From: Lama glama
Taxonomy: Eukaryota
Length of the DNA: 64,000 nt
NCBI GenBank assembly: GCA_028534125.1
Contig: CM052817.1
Location: 4,838,001 to 4,902,000 of the forward strand
Direction of reading: 5' to 3'
The notes below the pieces were generated by a model, which was not told the DNA's origin, ran no database searches, and saw nothing but the letters and a program-made list of their open reading frames with translations. Within the stretch, counting starts at the first letter, position 1; each line of letters begins with the position of its first letter. Shown piece by piece: positions 36,683 through 49,476 of the stretch. The translations under genes were made by a program, and so were the position numbers.

Positions 36683-37089
36683 TTTTTTTTAAGATGTTTC
36701 TCTATTTAAAAAAAAAGTATTAAAGTGTAGCTGATTTACAATGTTAGTTCCAGGTGTACAGCAAAGTGACTCAGTTATACACATACATACATACATGTAT
36801 TTTTTCTTTTCAGATTCTTTTCTGCTGTATGTTATTACAAGAAATTGACTACTTTCCTGTGCTCTATAGTAGGCCCTTGTTGTTTACCTATTTTCTATCT
36901 AGTAATGCATGTCTGTTCACCTCCAATCCCTAATTTATCCTTCCCTGTCCTTTCCCCTTTGGTAACCATAGTTTGTTTCCCTTGCCAGTGAGTCTGTTTT
37001 TGGTTTGTAAATAGCATTTGTATCATTTTTTCAGATTCCACATATAAGTGATATCATATGATATTTGCCTTTCTCTGACTTACTTCTTG
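36683..37089 (-). mobile_element. Young L1 3' end with TSD
   Basis: Poly-T, then aaagtgtagctgatttacaatgttagttccaggtgtacagc...cagattccacatataagtgatatcat. TSD tgacaaccactcttt (36668-36682) / tgataaccactcttt (37090-37104). Confidence 0.9.
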
Positions 37090-37142
37090 TGATAACCACT
37101 CTTTCTCAATTTCCTCTACCTCTCCTGTTCCTGTAACTTCTT

Positions 37143-37317
37143 TTTTTTCCAATTACAACTTTTTAAAATTGACGTGTAGTTGACTTGGAATATTACTCAG
37201 CTGTAAAAAGATGAAATAATGCCATTTGCAGCAACCTGGATGGACCTAGAGAGGATCATACTAAGTGAAGTAAGACAGAGAAAGACAAATCCCATTCGAT
37301 ATCCCTTATATGTGGAA
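37143..37317 (-). mobile_element. Short L1 insertion with internal inversion
   Basis: Antisense tail 37143-~37186, then a sense L1 segment ~37186-37317. TSD tcctgtaacttctt (37129-37142) / tcctgtaacgtctt (37318-37331). Confidence 0.85.
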
Positions 37318-37579
37318 TCCTGTAACGTCTTGATAATCCATCTCTTTCTTAAATATTGGTGTTCCTGAAGGCTCCAACCTGGCACTCTCCTCATCGTATT
37401 CTCAGGTAATCTCCTGGGGAAGTTTTCCGTAGATTCCGGCCTGCTCTGTAATAACAGCAGCTAACGTTTCTGGAGTGCTCTGGGCCAGAACCTACACTCG
37501 GTGTTTCACACGTATCCGTGTGCCTCCGGGCTCTTCAACACCACATCACTAGCCCAAATAAGCACCCTAAGCTCTGCAC

Positions 37580-40500
37580 CAGTGGTTCTCAAAGTGTGCT
37601 CCTTTAAGGATCTCCAAGACCTTCTCAGGGTGTCCACATGGTCAAAATTATCTTCATACTATTAAGTCTTGATTCGCCAAAAACCTTCATACTCTCAGGA
37701 GTGGGTAGTGGAGTTTTTCAAAGGCCGCATGACATGTTACCATGTCAGATTAAAATGGAATGCACGCTTGTATATTCTTGTGTTGTCTAGAGCTTTCTAA
37801 GGCAGCAGGCTTGAGGTACACATATGTGCACTTTCAAAGGTGATCTCAGTTTGTTCTCAGAATTTCCACTGTGTTCTTATTAGCCATCTTTTGTTACATC
37901 TTGCTTAACATCTGTAACCTCATTATCACCCAATAAATTGTTCATTTGCAATCCTGAAGTTCTCCTCATTCTTACTCTGAAACATAAAAACTATTCTATG
38001 TTGTCCTGTTTTGCAATAATATTTAGGAAATAATTTCAAAATGATTTCTAGAAAATAAAGATTTACAATTTAAAATCTTATCTAAAACCTTTGTTATCTT
38101 ATAACTTAGTAATATTTTACTCTCACATAAATGAACATTTATATTCTTCTTATGTTTAAGGATAGATCGTCAGCTTAACAGATTTAGACAATTCACCTCT
38201 TCACTCCGCAGCTGAATCATTTCTGACTAACATTGCTGAAGAAGACAAAACTGACATATCAGACTATTCTGACTCATGGAAGAGAGGACTCTACTCCAGA
38301 GAAATTAAGTAAAAATACAAACAGAACAAAGGAAAACAAACAAAACTACTTTAGTTCCCTCAGCTTCACAGGTGTTAATAATTTATCTTACTGTGCTTTA
38401 CGGAGTAGAGCACTTTAGAATTAAACTGTGGTTCCCATTAAATTATGGTACCAACATTTTGTAACTAAATCATTCAGAGTCTGAAGAGAAAGGAACTAAA
38501 TATTTTAAACAGACAAAACAAGTTCTTTAAAAGGCAAAAAATAATTTGTTTGTTACAGGTTTTCACGGTATAAACCTAAAAGCCACTCAAGCATGTGACA
38601 GGCTAAGTCACCACATTTCATTGGCTGGGGGAGCAGAAATGATAGCTCAGAGGCAAAAAAAGCCTTGTACCTCTGACATTGCTGAATGTCTGCTGGATGG
38701 CAAGTCAGCAAAAGAAATCACAGCATTGCCAGGTTCCAACAATGCAGTAACCTTCTGAGTTATGGTGTTGGTTGCAAACACGAAGACCGAGTGAGCCAAC
38801 CAACCGCAGAATTGTACTTCTGTCTTACAAATGGATGAATCTGCAGACATGGCTGGACTTGCAGCTCTGCCTGTATTCCTCTGGTATCAGCACCAACCAA
38901 TCATCAAAGAAGATCTTTTATGTAAATGCCTTGCAATGGTCGTGCTGAAATTTTCCAAGAGCTGACTGGCTTTTGAATCTTGGAATGTGTTCTCACTGAC
39001 AGGACAAATGCAATGATGGGTAACACAGGTAGCACCTTTGCACAAATTACAGAAGTGGCACCAAACCGTACCAGTGGTCACTGCATTTCTCACTGCCACA
39101 CACTCACAAATAAAAATCAAATTCACTTAAGAGTGGCATTGATGACACTCCTACACTGCTGGTAGGAATGTAGTTTAGTGCAGCCATTATGGAAAGCAGG
39201 ATGGAGATTCCTCAAAAAAACTAAAAATAGACTTACCATATGATCCAGAAATCCCACTTCTGGGCATAATGTCTGGGGGGAACTCTAATGTGAAATGATA
39301 CATGCACCCCAATATTCATAGTACCACTATATACAGTAGTCAAGACATGGGAGCAACCTAAATGTCCATCAACAGATGACTGGATAAAGAAGTTGTGGTA
39401 TATTAATACAATGGAATACTACTCTGCCATAAAAGGAATAAAATAATGCTATTTGCAGCAACATGGATGGACCTGGAGAATGTCTTCTAAGTGAAGTAAA
39501 GAAGTGAAGTGAAGTGAAGAAAGAGAAAGAAAAATACACGTAATATCACCCATATGTGGAATCTTAAGAAAAAGGACACTATGAACTCATCTACAAAATA
39601 GAAACACTTGCAGACTTAGTAAACAATCTTACGGTTACCTGGAAAGGGGGTGGGAAGGGATAAATTTGAGAGTTTGAGATTTACAAATGCTAGCCACTAT
39701 ATATAAAAATAGAATTTAAGAAATTTCTTCTGTATAGCACAGGGAACTATGTTCAATATCTTGTCATAATCTCTAATGAAAAAAATATGTAAACAAATAT
39801 AAGTGTGTATATGCACAACCGGGATACTGTGCTGTGCACCAGAGATTGAAACATTGTAACTGACTGTACTTCAATCAAAAAACTAAAGAATGGCACTGAT
39901 GAAGCAGGAAAAAAACTTTATTAAATTCATATCCTTTCTTTTTGATATTCTGTGTGGCAAATGGGAAATTTGTTTAAAGCACTTCTCTCCAGAAAACAAA
40001 CCAACCTTTTTGCAGTTAAATCATAAGCAGAACTAAACATTTTTTTCATGGGATGCCATTTCTACTTAAGAGGTTAACCAACCTACAAACCTGAAGAAGA
40101 ATGAAGTAAGCCCGTCATTTCAAGAAAAAAAAATCTGTATTTGTTGTTGATAATAAAATTTGAGTTTTCAAGTAAAAAGTAGACTTTTAGGAAACTTATG
40201 TCTGTCATATGAGTTTGACAGCTTTCTGACACTTATAGATGTTTCTGATGAGTTTGGCAGTGATATTAGTGAGTGTGATTTAAAAATATTATATAACGGA
40301 GTGTATCAACACTTAGAAGGGCTGAATAGATCAGTGACTATTTTCCAAATGACTGATGTATTATGTTACAAAATAATGCATGAATAAAATATCCACTTAT
40401 ATTTCAAGGGAGACTAAAGGATTTTAAGGTCACAGAATATAAAAAGTTCATTGACATGGTTTCAGATTTCATACCACAATTGATCTTTAAGGAAATGCCA

Positions 40501-41028
40501 CTCATTTGGTTTTGAAATAGTATCAAAGAAGAATATCCAACATTATCTGAAAAAAAAAAAAGCTATCAAAATACTCCTCCCTCCACCAACTACACACCTG
40601 TGTGAGACTGGATTTTCTTCATATGCTTTAAACAAAGCATCACATTGCAATAGACCGACTGTAGAAGCACGTATAAGGATACTGCTTTCAATAAACTACA
40701 GATATTAATGAGATTTGCAAAAATGTAAAACAATGGCATTTTCTCACTATATTTTTGTTTTGAAAAAATGGGTATTTTTATTAAAAATGCTATTTATGTT
40801 ATTAACATGTAGGGGATTTATTATTGTCTTTTAAAAATACGCTTATCATAGAGAAGCAAAAAATAAAAATGCATTTATAAATCAATCTTTTTTAATATCC
40901 CAGCTTTCATTCTTAAAATTATAACTGTAAGTAGATATGACCCACATAAACAAAATCTCTTTAAATGTCCTCAGTAATTTTCAAGAGTGTAAAAGGGAAC
41001 CTGAGACAAAACATTTTGAGAACGGCTG
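37580..41028 (+). mobile_element. Charlie1-family hAT DNA transposon with decayed transposase
   Basis: Terminal inverted repeats cagtggttctcaaa (37580) and tttgagaacggctg (ending 41028). Transposase remnants DIAECLLDGKSAKEITALPGSNNAVT, LQMDESADMAGLA, VLTDRTNAMMG and HCISH. Degenerate 8-bp TSD ctctgcac / atctgaat. Confidence 0.88.
39146..39885 (+). mobile_element. Young L1 3' end inserted in the Charlie transposase
   Basis: ctcctacactgctggtaggaatgtag...gactggataaagaagttgtggtatat...ttgtaactgactgtacttcaatcaaaaaa. TSD aagagtggcattgatga (39129-39145) / aagaatggcactgatga (39886-39902). Confidence 0.9.
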
Positions 41029-41230
41029 ATCTGAATGGTCTATTTGATATCCACCTGGATGAGAGTGGCCCCCTCAAATAAACATTTTTGAAATCCCAGT
41101 TTAAAAAACATATGAGCCAACAGTTCTTGAATGTTGACTATGTGCCAATCATTGTAATAAAGTCCTTCATAAGTATTATCGTATTTAATCCTCACAACTC
41201 TATGATGTAAGTATTATTAATTGCTGCTCT

Positions 41231-41692
41231 CAGTCTTCATTTTGGTTCTCCAGAAACAGGCCCTGAGATGAGGATTTGTCTAAAAGTGGTTTACTACTAA
41301 GGGTTTCTAGGAAGCCAGTCAGGGAGTAGAGAAGTGGGACACAGAACAAAAGGGGCCAAGGACAAACGTGAGATGAAGCAAAGTACCAGGGGCGCTCCCA
41401 GGGAAGCCCCGGAGACTGTGAGAACCCCTCCTCAGATGCCCCTGATTGAGTACAAGGGAGCTGGAAGATTCACACCTCTGCACCCAGGTATCTCCAGGAG
41501 GATATAAATTCCTAGGCAATTCAAGCAATATGTGCATCAGCAAAGAATTTGGTTCTGGAAGGCTGAGAGCAGCCCAGCAAAAAAGACATGTCGGTGCTGG
41601 TAAACTGCAGGGAAGTACGCTGGGAATCAACAAGTGGTAAAGGGATCCAGTTAGGCACGGGCAAGGGCAGAGCCCTAACAGCATCTGCTACA
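41231..41692 (-). mobile_element. ERVL solo LTR (LTR33-like), inserted in a MIR
   Basis: Ends acagcatctgctaca (reverse complement tgtagcagatgctgt). The other end reads ggttctccagaaacaggccctgagatgaggatttg. MIR-like sequence lies on both sides. Confidence 0.7.
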
Positions 41693-42369
41693 TGCCCATA
41701 TCACAGGTGAGGTAAGTTATCTTCCTTCCCACCAAAATAGGTCTTCTGTATTACCCATCCCAGTAAACAACACCACTCTTCCAAGCCTGAGTCACAGGTA
41801 CTACTAAGATTCCTCCTCTTAACTCCTCTCTCTTGTAGGAACTGGGTCACCAAGCCCTGCCAATGTCACTTCCTTAACATCTCAGGAATGCACACCCAAT
41901 CCAAATACGGGATGCATTTTACTGCTGTAAAGTTGGGTGAAGAATATAGCTTATTCTACTGGTGAAATCAGAGACAACATCTCCTACCTCCTTCCAACAG
42001 CAGGTGCTGGAACCTCAAGAGTTGGATCTATAGAGCAGATCTTTAACCCACCATCCTGGTGGATGCAGGAAGTAACAAAGAGAAGGACGTGAACTACTCC
42101 TAAGCAGGACATCCCTGAGGCACAGAGGGCCAGGCACCCTCAGAGGAACACTCACCTTCAATACGCCAATTATTTTCCATAGAGAAAGGAGGTGAAAGTG
42201 ATGTTATATATCCAATCACTCAGAAATCCAATAAAGTTACGAGAAGCATGAAGAAGTGACAGCAGCTTATTCTCTAGTAATTTTCTTGAACGATGGACTG
42301 GGGATTTTTTAGTAGAAATTCCTATTTGAGGTGTCAACTTGATAAAGAGGAGAGGGCAGAAATGGTTCT

Positions 42370-42950
42370 CCACTGCCACTGTTTTAGTTGATTACTGCAA
42401 CAGAGACTTCACTTGCTTCTCCGTCTCTGCTCTGTCTCCTTTCAATGCCACACAGAAATCTAGCCAAAGTATAAATCATTTTCTGCACCCACTCCCTCCT
42501 TAAAACCCCGTGTCTCCTCCACTGCCTCCAGATGAAATCCAAATTCCTAAGCCTGGAACATGATGTTTTTGGTGATCTGCTCCCTGCCTTTTTAGCCTCG
42601 CTGCAACTCTAGTTGTTTAACATTTTGCATTTTATGTTTCTGTTACTGTAATCTGTTTATGCATAAAATGCCTTCTCTTAGCCTCACACTAACTTGCAAC
42701 CTGTCACTCACTGTTCAGTATTCAGCTCAGAGATCAGCTTCACCACAAAGCCTTATCTGACCTCAACAGGCTGACTTGGCCTTTCTATCTTAGCACTCAT
42801 CACCCTGTCCTGGGATTTCTTGCATCCTTGTTAATCATCACAAAAGGACTGTGTGCTCATCGAGAGCTGAAACCCTGTCCTACAGGTCTTTATACTCCCA
42901 ATGCTTATCGCCGTGCCAAAGCCAGAGGTCTTTGGATGGATGAACAACTG
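42370..42950 (+). mobile_element. L2 LINE 3' end
   Basis: ctccctccttaaaacccc...gatgaaatccaaattcctaagcctgg...cagctcagagatcagcttcaccacaaagcctt...tggatggatgaa. Confidence 0.65.
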
Positions 42951-43574
42951 AGTGATGCTTCAGGACCCTGGACAGTTCCCAGAGGGTGCCTTTGCTCTGC
43001 TGGTTCCTGAAGCCATACCGAGTGAGGATTCTGAGGTTAATCCCAGCTTCTCATTGAAACTCTCAACTGTCAACGATCCCTCACATCCTCTAGGCTGTCC
43101 TTTGTAGTTCTTACACTCGAGACACAATCCATTATCTGGCTCTACACTCAAAACGTATCTCAAATCCATCTACTTTCCATTTATTTATTACAAGCTTAAT
43201 CCAAGACACTTTTATCTTTCCTGGGCCACCACAAAAGCCTCCTAAATAAGCTGTTTGCTTTCTCACCCCAATCTATCTTCCCCACAGACGTCAGAATGAA
43301 TTTTGAAACATACAAATCAGCATGGTGGAATAGAGGTAGATACCAAAATCTTTGTCACTGCTCCCATCAAAAAGTGTAATCTACTTATTACTCCCCTTGA
43401 GTCTGGGCTGGCCAGTGGCTTGTGTTAACCAGCAATGCAGCAGAAGTGTCTCTCTGTGACTCCCAGGGCTGGGTCCTGAATAACAGTAGCAAAGATTTAA
43501 GCCGTTTATAGAGCCCTGAAACGCTGATAACGAGGCACTTGACCTACGGAAACATCACATGGGAAACAATAACA

Positions 43575-43800
43575 ACGCCAATAGTAACAGCGATCACAAC
43601 AGCTTCCACTTAAGAGGAGTCCTTAGAAGGCCTGAGACCTTCTTGGAGACATAAATCTCACTGTGTCTTACAGTTCTGTGAGGCTGGTAATATTACCTCT
43701 GTTTCTCAGATGAGAAGACTGTAGTTCAGCAGACTACTTTGCTCAATAAGCCAAGAGCCAGCATTCAAACCTAACCTAACTGATGCTGACACTCTTGTTC
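43575..43800 (-). mobile_element. MIR SINE
   Basis: ctgtgaggctggtaatattacctctgtttctcagatgagaagactg. Confidence 0.7.
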
Positions 43801-44829
43801 CCCGCTGAAGCTGAATTCCTCGGGTCATCTTTCCTCTAGATTTGGGGACTATGACAAATGCCCTTCCCCAAGTCCAGATACTAACATTAAGGGACAAGTC
43901 CAATCGGGGCTGAGATCTTATTTTCCCCCAATTATTAGAACAATCAGTCAGATGGCTCTCAGATGCCACACTCTATCACTATGATATCTGTCCTGCCCTT
44001 AGAAACTCCCCTTAAGTACCAGGACCAAGTCCTGTAATTGAAGCCATATGTTATCTAGTGCCCTGAGCTTCTTTTGCACATTCCCTCCTTCCAAGTTCCA
44101 TCACTCTTCAAAACACACTCAGGAGGTAGAAACGGACTAGCGCTCCTCCATCATTGCTCCAATGGCAGCAAAATCCGTGATCAATGCCACTTTCCCACCA
44201 GCTTCCCACCCCCTTCACCTTCGCAGCTCCTACTCGTTTCTCCTAGAATGCAGAATGACCTACTGGCAAGGGAGAATTGAAAATATTTCAGTTCAGTTTT
44301 TTATGAACTTTAAATTAGATCAATCAATCATAATCTTGCCTTTAAGTCAAAGAATGCAAAAGTGTGCCTCCTCCAAACCAATTTAATCTATAATTTAAAT
44401 TACTGTCTGCTTAAGGGGGCCAGTGCCATGGTGTTATTCACAGGGCCATGCAGTCAGCCTCAAGGAAGCCAAGCGTTGGCAGTTTCTGCTACTGTATAAG
44501 CTGGGTTTGCTGTGCCTAAGCTATTTATTTCGTGTCACTGGGGCACACACACATACACAGAGATGTCCTAAAGAGCTGTAGTGTTCAACACGTGTGTACA
44601 CACACACATACGCACACATGTACATGCCCATCCACCACCTGGAGTACTCACTATGCACAAAGCAAAGAGCATGTAAGCATCCCCCAGCGCCTACAATGTC
44701 AGGCACTAGAAACAGAGCCAAGTAAGGCTCAATTTTATAAATTAGTAAATCAATTTTACAAAAAATTGAGTAGTTATTTATAATTAATTTTATAAAAAAA
44801 CTAGTAAATCATATTAACAAAACAAACTT

Positions 44830-45320
44830 CACACCCACTGCACCTGGTTTAAAACCCCATGGGGTTTTAATGGTTTCTTATTGAGCTTGGGATGAAAACA
44901 AAATGTTTTAAGCTAGTTCAGAAAGCATCTCCAACTCCTCCAGCCCGTCCACCACACTGGCTGACTCTCTGAATCTCGTATGGACTGTGCTGTTCATCTT
45001 TGCTCTACCTGTGCCCTCTCATGGACTGTCTCTTCCTCACTGCTCCATCTTCCTTCTTCTGCAATCTATATTTCAGCTCACAGCTCAAAAATCACCTCTG
45101 CAAGGAGTCCTCCCCAACTCTGACCCATTAACTGGATGAGGTCCCTCCTTTATATTCTCTGATCCCAACCTTTCCCTGTCATAACTCATGTTTTCAGCAA
45201 TTTCCGCTGGACCAGAAGTTCCCTGAGGGTAAAGGCTGTGCCTATTTTATTCATTTATTCATTCATTATTTTATTCATTTATCCTTGGCAGATAACAGAA
45301 TGCCTAGCACTTAGATCAAG
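44830..45320 (+). mobile_element. L2 LINE 3' fragment
   Basis: cagctcaaaaatcacctctgcaaggagtcctcccc...aagttccctgagggtaaaggctgtgcctatttt...cagaatgcctagcactt. Confidence 0.65.
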
Positions 45321-45339
45321 GGATGCTATTGGTCTTTAG

Positions 45340-45524
45340 CAGAAGTTCTCCAAGTGTGGTCCCAGACCAGCAGCATGAGATCTCCTGGAGATGTGATGGA
45401 AATGCAAATTCTCTGGCCCCAGCCCAGACCTATAGAATCAGAAACTCCAAGGTAGGGCTGGAAGCCTGTGCTTTAGCAGGCTCTCCAGGTGATTCTCATG
45501 TGCATTGGAGTTTGAGAACCGCTG
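45340..45524 (+). mobile_element. MER5A hAT-Charlie MITE
   Basis: cagaagttctccaagtgtggtccc...gaaatgcaaattctc...aatcagaaactc...agtttgagaaccgctg. 8-bp TSD gtctttag / gtctttaa. Confidence 0.9.
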
Positions 45525-45589
45525 GTCTTTAACACTAAGGCGCTTACACTCTAATAAGCAAGACAAAATTAACACTGTGTAACCACAAA

Positions 45590-45850
45590 GTGCAAGACTA
45601 GAACCAATGGGTGGATATTCTTTGCAAGCTGGTTTCGAATAAGGGACTGAAGGGATTTCTCGTCACTGGGAGAGTTCTGTAACAGAACGCACTTGAGAAA
45701 GTGAGCCAGGCACAGCAGGAACCTAACCATGCAGGTCCACTTTCGGGCTTAGAGTTACCACTCAAAAAGTGTTGACTTTCATGCTGGCAGAGAGATTCCT
45801 GAGTCAGGTAAGACTAGCTGTTACGTTCCCATTCATCTCTAAGGCTCTCG
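45590..45850 (+). mobile_element. L3/CR1 LINE 3' fragment
   Basis: agactagaaccaatgggtgga...gagaaagtgagc...agagattcctg resembles the CR1/L3 3' end. Confidence 0.45.
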
Positions 45851-45899
45851 CAGACACCGCAATTGTGCAACTGAAGTTGTGTAATGAAGCCTGCAGTGG

Positions 45900-46680
45900 C
45901 TTAGGTTAAAACAGCATCTAATGTTGAATAAACATAGCAAAACCCATAAACAGTCCTCTACCCCACTCCAGGAGAAGCCAAGCAATGAGGATTTTATAAA
46001 TGGCTCTAAATTAAAAAAAAAAAAATTAAATACAAACGGGAAGCTGTCTGGCAGAACAAAGGCGGCCCATTTCCAGGAGACCTGAACGGGAGAAGCTGCC
46101 TCTTTTGGAAATCAAAAGGAACGTGTTCCCTGTGAAAGTTGCTCTGCATTTACACGCAGTCTCTTAATTGAAGCTGACTGAATAGACAATCATTTGGAGA
46201 GGAAATGGTGTCGGAAGTCCTGCAGTCAAATTAGAGAAAGATGTAAATCTGATTGAAGTGACTAACATCTTTAAACACCTCCCAACAACAATCAACACGC
46301 CAACTCCCTATTTAGAAATTGCATCACACCATTGCCCATACAGATCGCAGCATGGCTCCCATTTGAGTTAGAACTTAGTTATTAACAGGCTGTGTTCTCC
46401 ACAGTTCTTCACTCTGGAAGGGTCTTGATTGACAGCACAGAAGGGAAAGGATTCCATGTATATTTGTGTCATTGTTCCCGAAATAAATAGTTCAATGATG
46501 ATCCCATGTAATAAATGTCTTGCTTCTGTCTAAAGGGCCTGAAAAATGATGGTTAGACTTTTCATGCATCCATCATTCCCAGATGTCTTTGTGTCACAGT
46601 TTTGAATGGATGATCTAACTCTTTCCATATATTGTTACAGTTCATTCATCAACAAAAAAAGAACTGTATCAAGAGGGTAG
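45900..46680. promoter_or_regulatory. Candidate enhancer: repeat-free island with a perfect PBX-MEIS/PREP decamer
   Basis: TGATTGACAG at 46426-46435, plus TTAATTG and GTAATAAA. No recognisable repeat over ~800 bp. Confidence 0.35.
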
Positions 46681-47089
46681 TTTAGAGTCACAATATCTTT
46701 CTTGATTTCTCCCGAGATGAAATGTCTTTTTCCCTCTTAAAATTTTAACACTTTGTTCATACTTCTCTCATAATAAAAACAAATTTGGAGCATTTACCAA
46801 TATGCATTAAAATATAAGAAAAAAATGAAAATTTCTTCCTTATAAGGAAGCAATGAAAATTTAAATCTTTAAGGGTTACAGATATTAAGGAAAAACAAAA
46901 ATGGTGTTAAGGAAAAATGAGATTTCTTATCTGTATACACACACAGTCTCTCCTGAACATATAAAGATAGGCTTAGGCAAAAGACTAAAGGAAGATGTCA
47001 AATCGAGACAGATAGTCTTTAATTGATAGTATCATAAGAGATTTAAAATTTCTTCTTAATTTTCCCATATTATTATCAGGTTGTCACAA

Positions 47090-47910
47090 TTTATACAGTG
47101 TGACTGTAGTGCAGGGTTGGACAAACAGACCATCGGAACGGAAAGACAAGGCAGAAACAAACCCACAGGTGTAAGAAAATGATATATGACTCTGCGAGTC
47201 ACCAGAGAAAGGGGGGAAACTCTATCCCTGCGGGGCTACAGTAGTGATGCTAGAATAGTGGGTTCTCAATAAGGAGCAAAATAAAACTGGACCCAGATAT
47301 CACCGCATACAAAAGTCAACACCTCACACCATACATAGAAACCTCCGGGATTTAAGAATGAAATGTGAAAAGCCAAACTTAAACCACTAGAAGAAAATAT
47401 GGGGAAATCTCATTAGGACCTGGAGATAGGAAAAGAGCTTTCAAAGCAGACATAAAATACATTAACTTTACAAAGGAGAGACTGGAGATTGGTCATTTAA
47501 TTTAATAGCCTATATATGCCTATTCCTTAAGATAACTTTAGATAAAAGAGGAATCTAGAGCAAGAAAATCACACATTGTAATAGATATGTAATTGGAGCA
47601 TACTGCTCACTCTTTTAGTAATGAAACCATGCTTACCCAGTGGCATACTGCTTGAAGCTTCAGCTGGGTGGAGACTACAGGGCTGGAAACTGACCAAGTG
47701 TGTGATAGCATGTATGTCTTCTAATAGCTCTAAAAGCTCATAGTAGGATAAAGTTGGGCTTCTCAAAAAAAAAAAAAGACTAAGATCATTTTTACCAGAA
47801 GTCATCATAACATGTAAATACAAGCTACAAATTGTAAGATATTCAACATATATATATACCACCCCCCCAAAATCAGTAAGGAAATAGACAATCTTATTAA
47901 AAATGAGCAC
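47090..47910 (+). mobile_element. Old LINE-1 ORF2 3' fragments (L1ME-like)
   Basis: acctcacaccatacatagaa...aatgtgaaaagccaaacttaaaccactagaagaaaatatggggaaa...gacaatcttattaaaaatgagca. Confidence 0.6.
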
Positions 47911-49476
47911 ATGGCATGCTTATAGATGGGAGAGTGGCAGCCTGAAACAAGAGACAGAGAAGGCTTCCCTGAGAAGACCACACTTGTGATTTTAATGAGA
48001 CAGGCTTCTATAAAGGGGGAGAAAGTTCACTTAAAGGGGGCAGTACTGAAGCCCACTCGTTAAGGAGACCAGGGCTCTATTCCTCCACCACCTCTTTATC
48101 AGTAATAAACATGATATCTGCATCTTCGCCAGCCACACTTCTGGGATCATTTCTCAGTTGGTTCTAAGCTAGGGCGTGTAAAAGAGAGGGAATGCCATTA
48201 TTTCTTAGACTCAACTCCCAACAGAAGAGAACTTGGATTTTATTCTGGATGGTTTTGAACAAGTATGACATGACCTGACTTCAGTTGTTTTTTAAGTTCC
48301 TCCCGGTGGCTCTACGGAGAACAGACTGTAGCAGCAGAGATGAAAGTTGAAAGATCATTAGTTGACTTTCACTAAACCCAGGACAGACGTGATGGTGGCC
48401 TGGGGACAGGAGTGGAGGACTAATAAGCTGTCAGAGCCAACGGGGGCAAGAGGGGACCAAGGATGGGCCCTAGAAATAATCAGAGTGAAAAGAAATAGTG
48501 GATATGAAGGGTCTTGAAGATAGCGGTGCTAATTCACAATGGCTTTTCAAATATATATGTATATATGTTTATTACATATTACTAATAATATAAAGGGGAC
48601 ATTCGTATATATACATGTATATGCATTTTAAATGAGTGAGTGACATTCAGAGCAGGAGGATGGAGGGGATAAATTTTGCAGAAACAAGATAAGAAAGTGC
48701 AAGGAGGACAAACACTGGCTCTAAAGAGCACAACGACGGCCTTCTGCCTGCAGTGGTCAATTTGTCTCTGCCTGGGTCACCGAAGCTGCCTTCCTCTCAC
48801 TCGCCAAGACCTCCTGTAGGTCTGCTCATCACTCATGCACATTTTACCCTTACAGCCAGCAGCCCCTCCCGAGTGCAAATACGACATTTATGTCCAAATG
48901 CAATGTGCACAAAATGTCATCCTACCCTCGGCCCACCACGGCAACTCCCAGTTATATCATGTTTTAAGGGACAGTGACAAATGCAGGGGAGATCGCCTTG
49001 TGGCCTTTGCTAAGATAACAAAATTGGAACGTTGGGACTGAATCGCAGCGCGTTGAGGGCATTCTGACTTCAGGGAAGCCAGCTAACTTCGATTAAGCAA
49101 CCACTGGGTGGCTGCTTCAGAGGGGCCCTGGGGGGCTGAGGGTCACCCACATCTTCTATATCCTTCAGGGTCCACACAGTCACTGTCCAGCAGAAAATCG
49201 TGTGTCCTGAGAGCTCTTTATTAAGCTGATAGCTAGGCCATGGGCTGTGGGGAAGGGACGGCTGTTTGTGAGGTGTCACATCTGAGCGTTACTTGGCCAA
49301 ATAACCCGGGCTGCCCACGACTGGGCCCTGCCACTGGAAGCTGCATTACTTCAGACAAGTTCTTCTGAATCTTGTGCTTCAGTTTTTCCATTTGTTAACT
49401 GTGAACACTAACCCCCTCCACTTCCCTTCTAATTGTGAGGATTAAAAATGATGACTTGTATAATTTACTATGTCTT

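Noticed and set aside
38546..39165. Domesticated ZBED/SCAND-like transposase gene
   Set aside because: Motifs are spread over different frames with stops and an L1 insertion.
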